Shown here: one piece after another, positions 1-8,398 of the stretch
Layout of the letters: each line of letters begins with the position of its first letter
Position numbering within the stretch: position 1 is the first letter of the stretch
Assembly (NCBI RefSeq): GCF_006345805.1
Contig: NW_021825320.1
Location: 1-16,039, forward strand
Reading direction: 5' to 3'
Length of the DNA: 16,039 nt
DNA from: Octopus sinensis
Taxonomy: Eukaryota
Notes under the pieces: model-generated
What the model saw: the letters and a program-made list of their open reading frames with translations, nothing else
The model's database searches: none
Told to the model about the DNA's origin: nothing
Program-made: the position numbers and the translations under genes

Positions 1-47
1 TGGCTGCTGATGGCCGCCGACAACTGCATCCATACGTCTCTGTCTAG
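1..47. other. Possible coding fragment at the window edge (orientation unresolved)
   Basis: GC-rich, non-repetitive 47 nt. The + frame from 3 reads AADGRRQLHPYVSV then TAG (45-47). The - strand has ATG at 33 reading MDAVVGGHQQP off the edge. Too short to assign. Confidence 0.25.
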
Positions 48-71
48 CTAGCGTTTCTCTGGGATAGAGAG

Positions 72-73
<2 letters not shown>

Positions 74-128
<55 letters not shown>

Positions 129-150
129 GAGAGAGAGCGGGAGGGAGAGA
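74..150. repeat. (GA)n microsatellite
   Basis: Long GA dinucleotide run with a few GGGA interruptions. Confidence 0.97.
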
Positions 151-879
151 GGGTTTTTTCTTTTTTTACACGCATGAATACGCTCGCATGAAGCGCAGTG
201 GCCAACAGAAGCCAACTGTATCAGGCGAAACACAGGCACGGCATTTGGTGTCTCAGTCCCATTCTGGAATCTTCAAACATCGGAAAAGAAAGAAGAAAAA
301 AAAAAAACACTAGCAGAGCCACATCAAATCTCATTACACTCGCACATACATACATACACACATACAGACATATATAAACATACACACATGCAAGCATAAA
401 TACACATGCACACACATATGTACACGAACAGGGATATTTACTCAAACACAAAAACACAACTCTATGCATATTTATATAGACAGAGATATAAAATATTAAA
501 GCGGACACTGATGTGATTTTTGAAGCCGGGATAGGACAGGAAACTCGCTATACTTATATTTACCAAATGGAAACCAAATATTTTGAAGGAATATTTTTTT
601 TGGAAGCCCAGAAATAAAATCATCGTGGACGAGAGTCTTTTATTCTTTGTCGTGTGGTACTTTTTTTCGTATTGGTGTGACAACGGTTTCGGACCATACT
701 ATGAACTTAATGTGAGTTACACAATTAGCAAAGCTGAAGAAATTTCGGCAGAAATAAATCAACAACAACAACAAAAACAGAAAGACTCTTTTTGTTTACA
801 TCGAGAAATTTATTTCAAGCAATGTGCTAGTGAAACAGGTACAATTAACAAGGTAAGGATGCATTCATGTGTATTTGTA

Positions 880-988
880 TTAATGTGTATGTATGTGTTG
901 TGTGTGTGAGTGTATGAAAATGTGTATATATTTATGTTTATATATACATGTATATATGTACAATAATTTGTATGCATATATATATGTG

Positions 989-1035
<47 letters not shown>

Positions 1036-1157
1036 TATGTGCATGTATATATATATATGTATGTGTATATATATACATATATATTATATAAACAACACAC
1101 ATATATATGCACGTATATATATATGCATGTATATACATAAGTATATATATATGTATG

Positions 1158-1191
<34 letters not shown>

Positions 1192-1372
1192 TACACACAC
1201 ATATATATATAAATATGTATACACACACATATATATATGCATATATATTCTCGCACAGTCACTCGCACGCGCAAACGCATATATGTATATATGTATATAT
1301 GTATATATAAATATATAATATATATACATATATATATATATATTTGCATATATATATATATATTTGTATTAT

Positions 1373-1404
<32 letters not shown>

Positions 1405-1473
1405 TATTAATATATATATATATATATAATATATGTGTGTGTGTGTGTGTGTGTGTGATTATATATGTATATA

Positions 1474-1512
<39 letters not shown>

Positions 1513-1569
1513 GTATGGTGGTATATGTGTGTTTGTATATATTTATATGTAATATATATATATATATAT

Positions 1570-1612
<43 letters not shown>
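880..1612. repeat. Compound (TA)n/(TG)n/(CA)n microsatellite field
   Basis: About 730 bp of alternating TA, TATG, CA and TG runs; source of the YI/CV/HT-rich pseudo-ORFs. Confidence 0.96.
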
Positions 1613-1616
<4 letters not shown>

Positions 1617-1747
1617 GGCGACCGACAAAGTGCTATGCGATTTTCCATTTTAATTAATAATTGTAGTGATTTAATATAAAGGCTACTCTAGTATTTTTCT
1701 ATGGTATGTAATTTCGTTAGTTTTTGCTTCTGTTTCGTTATTTTCAG

Positions 1748-1924
1748 CTTTCAGCATTTTAAGCTCTTCCAATTTTTAAAACGTTTATCTTCTGAGAAAG
1801 TTTTCAATGTTTTACAAACTCGATGGAGGAAGGCGACTGGACCGTTTACAAGCAACAACCGTTTCTTCTTTTCTTCTTTTACCAACTTGATGAATGTTTG
1901 CCTTATCAATGATACCTGATGACT
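1748..1924 (+). other. Candidate spliced (non-coding or 5'UTR) exon
   Basis: Unique-sequence island between microsatellites. Preceded by a pyrimidine tract ending TTTTCAG (AG at 1746-1747; alternative AG at 1753-1754) and followed by GTGAGT at 1925. All three frames from 1748 contain stops. Confidence 0.3.
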
Positions 1925-1988
1925 GTGAGTTCCTGCTTCATACACTCTGACGTGTACCCATATAGACGCACACACATACTCAGCTTTC

Positions 1989-1990
<2 letters not shown>

Positions 1991-2033
<43 letters not shown>

Positions 2034-2083
2034 CACACGCATACATATTGTACATATATTCATACATACTGTATGTGTGTGTG

Positions 2084-2118
<35 letters not shown>

Positions 2119-2140
2119 ATACGATATATAATTATATATA
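1991..2140. repeat. (GT)n and (TA)n microsatellites
   Basis: GT run at 1991-2028 and TA-rich run at about 2084-2140. Confidence 0.93.
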
Positions 2141-2344
2141 TTGATAGAAATGTAAGACAACAAAAGAATGAAAGAGATCTCGATATTATGTAAATTTATC
2201 AGTATTTATCTGTAAATATATGTGGAATTATTGTGGAATCATATAATATGAGGAATTTATCTGTAAATATATGTGACAGTTATTCTGTAACCATGATATC
2301 CAAAACTCGGAGTTTTATCATGGCTATCGAATAATTGTCACATA

Positions 2345-2500
2345 TTATATATATATATATATATATATTGTGTGTGTGTGTGTGTGTGTGTGTGTGATAG
2401 TGACTTCCAGGATTCAATATATGAATTTATATATTTACATACATACGTTCATACATACATACATACATACATACATACATACATACATACATACATACAT
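2345..2500. repeat. (TA)n(TG)n and (ACAT)n microsatellites
   Basis: TA/TG runs at 2345-2396 and an ACAT tetranucleotide run at about 2437-2500. Confidence 0.93.
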
Positions 2501-2713
2501 GCTATCTACTATACCCGGCCCTGCCAGAGTTCATTAACACCTACAAGAACGACAACCCCACGAATTCACTATTTTTTGTATAAACTGCCTTAAAAAAAAA
2601 ATGATACTGAAATCTTCAGCTAGCTCGGGACACTCAAAAACCTCTTACATTCAAAACTATCCAAAAAATGGTCCAAGTCAAGATTTATAGAGAAAAAAAA
2701 AGCACAATATATA

Positions 2714-2893
2714 TGGCTGTGTGGTATGATGCTTGCTTCCGAACCACATGGTCTCGCGTTCAATCTCACTGCGTGGTACTTTGGGCAAGTGTCTTCTCTA
2801 TTACGTCGGGCCGACCAAAGCCTTGTGAGTGGATTTGATAGACGGAAACTGAAAGGCGTCCGTCACACAGACAGACAGACAGACAGACATACA

Positions 2894-2933
<40 letters not shown>

Positions 2934-3150
2934 GTTGTGTGTTTGTCTCTGTGTTCGGCTACACTCCATAGTTTGACAACCGATATTGGTGTGTTTACGT
3001 CTCCGTAACCTAGTGCTTCGGCAAAGGACCGATAGAATAAATACTAGCGCTTCAAAGAATAAGTCCTGGGGTCGATTCGTTCGACTAAAACCCCTTAAGG
3101 CGCTGTTCCAGTATGGTCGCAGTCAAATGACTGACACAAGTAAATGAAAT
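2714..3150 (+). mobile_element. tRNA-derived SINE, family A, near full-length copy
   Basis: Head TGGCTGTGTGGTATGATGCTTGCTTCCGAACCACATGG with B-box-like GTTCAATCTC; body GGGCCGACCAAAGCCTTGTGAGTGGATTTG; internal (CAGA)n(CA)n spacer; 3' part TTGACAACCGAT...AAGTCCTGGGGTCGATTCGTTCGACT...GCAGTCAAATGACTGACACAAGTAAA. Aligns with other copies in the window (5305-5680, 6313-6493, 10298-10444). Confidence 0.9.
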
Positions 3151-3489
3151 ACACAGAGACCCACACACATATATTTATAAATAACCATATACAGAACACA
3201 AGAGTAACAAAATTTTACAACTCTTTTTCTATCGAAAAATGCTGCATAAGTTTAAAGAATATTCTCCAAATTAATTGCTTTTCTAATCAGTAAATATTTT
3301 GGGTTTCTGTTGCAGTGCTTGTGGTGTGGGTTTACTAAGTTTTTAGGTTTACTGTTTGGAGCTAAAATGGGCCAAATTTAAGAAAAGTACCTAGTGTATG
3401 TCTTTCATTTTTGAAAAGATCTACTCTCTGTGTAAGAATTCAACTACTTTGGTGTCGAGGTGTGGTCTAAGGTTAGAACTTCAAGATGT

Positions 3490-3704
3490 GTGTGCGTGCG
3501 CGCGCGTGCATGCGTGCGTGCGTGTCTTTGTGTGTGTGACTGTGTTTGTAAACATTTATATATACATATATATATATATATATGTGTGTGTGTGTAAATG
3601 TGTGTGTATGTATGTATATGTATCTCTATATATATATGTATGTGTGTGTGTGTGTGTGCGTGTATCTATCTATCTATCTATCTATATATCTATCTATCTA
3701 TCTA

Positions 3705-3748
<44 letters not shown>

Positions 3749-3855
3749 TCTATATGTATATGTGTATACATACACACCTACATTCACACACATGTATGTG
3801 GTGTGTGTGTGTGTGTGTGTGTGGTGTGTGTGTGTGTGTGTGTGTGTGTGTGCCT
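3490..3855. repeat. Compound (TG)n/(TA)n/(TATC)n/(TGTC)n microsatellite
   Basis: Directly visible tandem di- and tetranucleotide runs. Confidence 0.95.
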
Positions 3856-3865
3856 GCCTTTGAAT

Positions 3866-4063
3866 TTGCGTTTGTCTACCTTTACTTGATGTTGGTTTGT
3901 TTGCACGTTTCTGTAACGAAGTAGTTTGGCAAAAAGTATTTTAAAAAAGCCCGATAAAATAAGTACAAAGCTAAGTAAGTGTCGGAATCGATGCTTATGC
4001 TAACTGATGTACTTAAAGCAGTGCTCCAGTATGGTTGCAGTCCACTAATGAAAGCAAGTTAAA
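3866..4063 (+). mobile_element. SINE A 3' half (diverged)
   Basis: TGTAACGAAGTAGTTTGGCAAAAAG...CCGATAAAATAAGTAC...GCAGTGCTCCAGTATGGTTGCAGTC...GAAAGCAAGTTAAA matches the 3' part of 2714-3150. Confidence 0.75.
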
Positions 4064-4235
4064 CAACGCACTATGTCATGGTAAGTGGTGTCAGAAGAAA
4101 GTGGCTGTAATCCTCTCGTTTCAGTTCTAAGTCATAGGTATTTCATCCCACTTACGTCGCTATAAATACCTAAAAAAAAAACGAAAAACGAAAACAAAAG
4201 GGAAAAACAAACAAACAGTCTCTTCCTGTATTACT

Positions 4236-4376
4236 GGACTTTGCAACGACGCGGTTTCGGGTTCAGTCATATTGTACGGCACCTGGAACTGCGCAAATAT
4301 GCCTCTTACTACAGCACCGAATTGACTGATGTCTTGTGAGTGAATTTGGAAGACGGAAATTGTTTGGAAGCTCGTC
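4236..4376 (+). mobile_element. SINE A 5' half (head), diverged
   Basis: GGTTTCGGGTTCAGTCATATTG (B-box-like)...CTTGTGAGTGAATTTGGAAGACGGAAATTG...GAAGCTCGTC followed by the (CA)n spacer, as in the other family A copies. Confidence 0.75.
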
Positions 4377-4406
4377 ACACACACACACACACACACACAC
4401 ACACCA

Positions 4407-4455
<49 letters not shown>
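4377..4455. repeat. (CA)n microsatellite
   Basis: CA run that forms the SINE A internal spacer. Confidence 0.95.
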
Positions 4456-4460
<5 letters not shown>

Positions 4461-5060
4461 GATGCGATGAATAAATTGTCGTCTAAATTACGCAAAAATG
4501 AAAATAACATTGACATCTCCTTTAACAGATATATTTATCAAACTTACATAAAAATAACTTGAAATACTAAAATAATAAAATTGTCATTGGCTTCAACTAT
4601 AGACTTTCCTGCAACTCTTCAGGGCGGTCTCCTTGTTTAAGTTGGTCAATGGTGCCATAATCCTTGCCTTCAGTTCATCTTTGGTTTTACAAGGAGTTTT
4701 GTTGGTCTCTCACTCAACTGTACCCCACATATAATAATCAAGGAGGAGATTGCAGTCTGGAGAGTTAGGTGGCCAGATATTAGGAGTGACGCGGTCACAG
4801 AAGTTGTCTGACAGCCATGACTGGGAGTTCTCTTGCTTGTGTAGCATGGTGCAGAGTCCTGTTGCCAGACATAGGATCTTCCAGCAGCCACTCTCTTGAC
4901 GCAAGGCAGCACAACCTCCTCCAGGCATTTGATGTAGGACTCCGTGTTGAGTGTGAAGCCGTGTGGGAAGATAATGGGGGAATAATGTTGCCATCACTAG
5001 TGATCATTCCGAACACCAGATTTTGAGTGGATGTTTAATTTTTATCATTCTCGATACATG
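4456..5060 (-). mobile_element. Tc1/mariner superfamily DNA transposon relic (DD37D/maT-like); C-terminal half of transposase plus putative 3' end
   Basis: Joining frames on the - strand gives KHPLKI/VFGMITSDGNIIPP/IFPHGFTLNTESYIKCLEEVVLPCVKRVAAGRSYVWQQDSAPCYTSKRT/QSWLSDNFCDRVTPNIWPPNSPDCNLLLDYYMWGTVE*ETNKTPCKTKDELKARIMAPLTNLNKETALKSCRK. QQDSAP and WPPNSPDxNxLDY are catalytic DDD-domain motifs. Several frameshifts and a stop; the HTH region and first Asp are absent. Putative terminus at about 4456-4490. Confidence 0.92.
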
Positions 5061-5304
5061 TCCTCAGATTGACACTCAAACACTCTGAAATATTCGTATT
5101 GTAGCTTCCAGCGTGAATGCCAAGTAGTACAGCATATCGTTTTCAAATTCTGGTAGAGTGAATTACGTCCTGGTGCTGTTTTCCCACAGATGGTACCCAA
5201 CTGACCCTACTATACTGTGTAATCGACAAAATCAAAAACAAACAATGTGCATGCGTAAAATTCAAAATATAAAGTGGCGACAATCTACCCATCGCACTCT
5301 GTAT

Positions 5305-5680
5305 ATTCTTTTAATCTTTTACTTGCTTCAGTTATTTGACTGCGGCCATGCTGGGGCAAGCAAATCGTCTCCAGGGCTAATTTTTTAAAGCCTAGTACTT
5401 CTTCTTATGCCGATTCGCTAAGTTACGGAGACATAAACACATCAACACCGGTTGTCAAGCGGTGATGAGGGTACAAACACAAAGATACACACACACATGC
5501 ATACATAATTACGACGGGCTTCTTTCAGTTTCTGTCTTCTAAATCCACCCACAACGCTTTGGTTAGCCCGAGGCTATAGTAGAAGCCACTTGCCCTAGGT
5601 GTCATTCAGCAGTGGGACTGAATACGGAACCATGTGGTCGGGAAGCAAGTTTCTTACTACACAGCCACGGCTGCGCCTAC
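5305..5680 (-). mobile_element. tRNA-derived SINE, family A, full-length copy
   Basis: Reverse complement reads GTAGGCGCAGCCGTGGCTGTGTAGTAAGAAACTTGCTTCCCGACCACATGGTTCCGTATTCAGTCCC... through CCCCAGCATGGCCGCAGTCAAATAACTGAAGCAAGTAAAAGATTAAAAGAAT. Confidence 0.92.
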
Positions 5681-5728
5681 ACACACACACATATACTTAT
5701 ATATACATGTATATATATATATATATAC

Positions 5729-5890
5729 CGGAGTAAACACATAAATGTGAAACAAGGTGGAAAAAAAGAGTACTCAAATACCAGTGGTAGAGTAATATGC
5801 TTTATTAAAGCAGCAGAAAATTCTACAAAACCTGTTACTCTGAGTTTCACGTTGCCGTTCATCGGACAGTTTTTGCTGCTTTAAATAAAG
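5729..5890 (-). mobile_element. Short element carrying a hammerhead motif (Penelope pseudo-LTR-like or retrozyme-like) within (TA)n
   Basis: About 160 bp unique block flanked on both sides by TA runs. Contains a minimal hammerhead fold and an inverted repeat (5800-5820 vs 5870-5890). Family assignment is inferred from the known association of minimal type I hammerheads with Penelope-like elements. Confidence 0.55.
5832..5869 (-). ncRNA. Minimal type I hammerhead ribozyme motif (U4C core variant)
   Basis: - strand: CTGT (stem I) CCGATGA, ACG-GCAA-CGT (stem II with GNRA loop), GAA, ACTC-A-GAGT (palindromic stem III), A (H17), ACAG (stem I'). All three helices pair; predicted cleavage after GUA (5836/5835). 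Confidence 0.75.
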
Positions 5891-5893
5891 TAT

Positions 5894-5940
<47 letters not shown>

Positions 5941-6032
5941 AGATGTGTGTGCGTATATATATATAGATATACACACATATCTATACATACATACATAGAT
6001 ATATATATATATGTGTGTGTGTGTATTTGTAC

Positions 6033-6186
6033 ATATTTTTATTAAAATTTAGTAGAAGTAACAGAGTGACTCAAAGTCCGAGAGTTTCGTGTGTTGACAC
6101 TTATCAAACTATCTTCGACCTGCAACGCACGAAACTCTCGGACCTTGAGTCACTCTGTTACTCCTGCTAAATACTAATAAAAATAT
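6033..6186. repeat. Long inverted repeat (foldback): 64-nt arms, 26-nt loop
   Basis: 6033-6096 vs the reverse complement of 6123-6186 match at 58 of 64 positions by manual alignment. Confidence 0.95.
6065..6110 (-). ncRNA. Type I hammerhead ribozyme-like motif with compensatory U3-A8 core
   Basis: - strand: AGT, TTGATAA, GTGT-CAAC-ACAC (stem II), GAA, ACTC-tcggacttt-GAGT (stem III), C, ACT. GUC cleavage triplet (6068/6067). Contiguous stem I is only 3 bp in this copy. Confidence 0.55.
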
Positions 6187-6262
6187 ACATATACTCATGT
6201 TTTGAGTTCCATTTTTCCTGTTTGCATCAACGTACTAGTATACATGTATGCGTGTGTGTGTA

Positions 6263-6298
<36 letters not shown>

Positions 6299-6312
6299 TG
6301 TGTGTGTGTGTG

Positions 6313-6493
6313 TGTTTTTACTCCTCATTGCTTGACAACCGTTGTTGGTTTGCTTATGCCCTTCTCTCACTCCGTAACGTTAGCGGTTCGGCAAAAGATA
6401 CCGAGGGATTGAGTACGAGACGTAACAAGTAAGTCCTGAGGTCAAGACGGCGCATTACTATGGCTGCAGTCTAATGACTGAAAGAAGTAAAAT
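6313..6493 (+). mobile_element. SINE A 3' half
   Basis: GCTTGACAACCGTTGTTGG...CCGTAACGTTAGCGGTTCGGCAAAAGATACCGA...AAGTCCTGAGGTC...ATGGCTGCAGTCTAATGACTGAAAGAAGTAAAAT, preceded by (TG)n. Confidence 0.85.
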
Positions 6494-6516
6494 ATAGGTG
6501 GTGTAAGGTGTTGAAC

Positions 6517-6574
6517 AGCCGCGAGCAGGATTTGATCCTATGACCTTATAATCAGGAGCCGAATACCCTAGCAC
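6517..6574 (-). mobile_element. tRNA-like SINE head fragment (a third family)
   Basis: - strand GCTAGGGTATTCGGCTCCTGATTATAAGGTCATAGGATCAAATCCTGCTCGCGGC resembles the D-arm to T-loop span of a tRNA-derived head with a degenerate B box; no acceptor stem. Confidence 0.5.
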
Positions 6575-6856
6575 TTTACTTTTGACAAACGTAAAACGTG
6601 TGTTTAGTTGTAGGCGCAGGCGTGACTGTGTGGTTGAGAAGATCGTTTCGCAATTACGCACTCAGAGGAAGTTTCCTCTACTATAGACCCAAGTCGAGCA
6701 ATATCCTGTGGGCGAATTTGGTAGACAGGTACTGCCTGGAAGCTCGTTGGGTGTATGTGCGCGCGCGCGTGTACATGTGTGTGTGTGTGCGTGTGTGTGC
6801 GTGTATGTGCGCGCATGTAGATATATTTGTATGTATGTATGTATGTATGTATGCCA

Positions 6857-7205
6857 TTATTATCTCTGCCTTAGGGAAGGCGGAAGTATTGTTTTCAGTT
6901 GTATTTGTTTGCTTGTTTGTTTTTCCGTGGACAAGATATCTCAAGAACCTCTGGATGGATTCGGATGAAACTTTCAGAGATGCTTGGTCTCATGACTGGC
7001 ACGAACTGATTAGGATTCTGGATTATTTTTCCTGTTTCTTTACTTAATTTTTGAGAGCGATCGGGTTCATTTTTAGTATTTTCGTTTGTGAGAATAGTCG
7101 AGTTTATTTCAGATATTCTAAATTTTAAAAATAATCTCTTGCTAATCGCTGAGAGGACGTTGGTATTGCCTTGGCAGAGGTTTGCGCTCTCTGAGTGCTC
7201 TTGTT
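6857..7205 (+). mobile_element. Non-autonomous Helentron-associated (HINE/DINE-1-like) element
   Basis: Starts TTATTATCTCTGCCTTAGGGAAGGCGGAAG (5' sub-terminal repeat with local hairpin), then a GTTT microsatellite. Ends GCCTTGGCAGAGG (inverted partner of CTCTGCC) followed by hairpin GCGCTC-TCT-GAGTGC and a T-rich end. This order matches the described HINE architecture. Confidence 0.7.
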
Positions 7206-7299
7206 CAGTTTTATTTCAAGATTTCTTGCCAATAGAGAAAGAGTCAGTTTCTAACTTAAATTCAAGGCTCTTTCATTGGAATTTCAACATCAGCAATAG

Positions 7300-7566
7300 A
7301 GTATGTATGTATGTATGTATGTATGTATGTATGTATGTATGTATGTATGTATGTATGTATGTATGTATGTATGTATGTATGTGTATGTATGTATGTATAC
7401 GGGCAGATTTGTATGTTTTGTTTTATGTATGTGTATGTATGTATATATGTATGTAAGTATGCGTGCGCGTGCATGTGTGTATGTATGTATGTATATATGT
7501 ATGTATGCATGTATGTATTATGTATGTATGTGTGTGTGTGTATTTGTGTGTGTGTGTGTGTGTGTG
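7300..7566. repeat. (GTAT)n and (TG)n microsatellite
   Basis: About 20 perfect GTAT units at 7300-7381, then degenerate TATG/TG runs. Confidence 0.96.
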
Positions 7567-7750
7567 TCTTTGCGTTTGCCCATCCACCCCAGTGTTTGAC
7601 AAACAGTATTTGTTTGTTTACGACCCCGTAACTTAGCAGTTCGGCAGAGAAACCGATACATTTAGTACCAGGGACTTACAAAAAGCAAAAAAAAGCAAAG
7701 AAAAGAGAAACAAAATAACAAACACTGGAGTCAGTTTGATCGACTCAGCA

Positions 7751-8398
7751 TAGTGGTTCTCAACCAGGATTCATATTACCCTTAGGAGTCCATATAAGAT
7801 TTTTGTAGGTCTATATAAGCAAAATAGTAAATTGGGGATCCACAGTAGTATATTGAGGGTCCATAAAAATGTTACTATAGATCAGGGCTAGCTAACTCGA
7901 ATTACACTGCGGGCCTCTTTAATCACAGGAAGTTTGAAGGACCTCTTGTATACTGACAGAATTGAAAGCATTTTGCTTTCTCATGCTATTATTACAATAA
8001 TGAATGAATGATCGTTGATTCAACATGAAATATTATCGTTGCAAAAACCGTAGTATTGTTCTATTTTTACTTTTCATTAAAATCTTTAATTTTTGATAAA
8101 ATTTAAAAGATGTTTGTTTAAATAAACCCATTTCAAGAAAGTATCAAGCAGGCCGCAAGATAAAAGTCTGCGGGCCTCAGGTTGGCCAGCCCTGCAAGAA
8201 AAAGTTTGGGTTTTTTTCTCTAACGTTTTACATAGTTCAAACTATATGAGTTAATGTATGGAGAGCAAAATAGGAATTTTGAAAGAGGTGTCTATAAAAC
8301 TAACCTTTAAATATTGAATGGCTATGGGGGTCGAACAGAATAAAACTAATCTAACAGATCCATAGGTAAAAAGAAAAAAAAAAGGTTTGGAACCACTG
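7751..8398. mobile_element. hAT-like MITE (outer)
   Basis: Imperfect TIRs TAGTGGTTCTCAACC (7751) and GGTTTGGAACCACTG (ends 8398; reverse complement CAGTGGTTCCAAACC); recurring (G/A)TCCAT sub-terminal motifs; no ORF. No clear 8-bp TSD survives. Confidence 0.75.
7883..8194. mobile_element. hAT-like MITE (inner, nested)
   Basis: TIRs CAGGGCTAGCTAAC and GTTGGCCAGCCCTG (reverse complement CAGGGCTGGCCAAC); CTGCGGGCCT sub-terminal motifs near both ends; AT-rich interior. No clear TSD. Confidence 0.78.

Noticed and set aside
583-909. 108-aa ORF with a QQQQQ tract
   Set aside because: Starts at TTG, has no recognisable domain, the poly-Q comes from a (CAA)n repeat, and it runs through a splice-donor-like site into a microsatellite.
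893-1648. Many overlapping ORFs of 67-141 aa rich in Y/I/C/V/H/T
   Set aside because: Translations of stop-free (TA)n/(TG)n/(CA)n repeats. The same applies to ORFs at 3398-3924, 6598-7047, 7088-7631, 13153-13447, 14515-14994 and 15449-15773.
1690-1920. - strand reads with Lys/Glu-rich peptides (FIKLVKEEKKKRLLL; LEELKMLKAENNETEAK)
   Set aside because: The two peptides are in different frames separated by stops, and the composition follows from the T-rich + strand; no family recognised.
2204-2275. 21-bp direct repeat ATTTATCTGTAAATATATGTG with 51-bp period
   Set aside because: Only two copies in AT-rich DNA; most simply a local duplication.
2714-2780. tRNA-like sequences at SINE heads
   Set aside because: They lack a complete cloverleaf and acceptor stem and continue into repeat bodies, so they are SINE heads rather than tRNA genes.
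3316-3400. Acceptor-like TTTCTGTTGCAG at 3315 (and TTTTCCCACAG at 5189)
   Set aside because: No convincing downstream donor or open coding frame; such motifs are frequent by chance.
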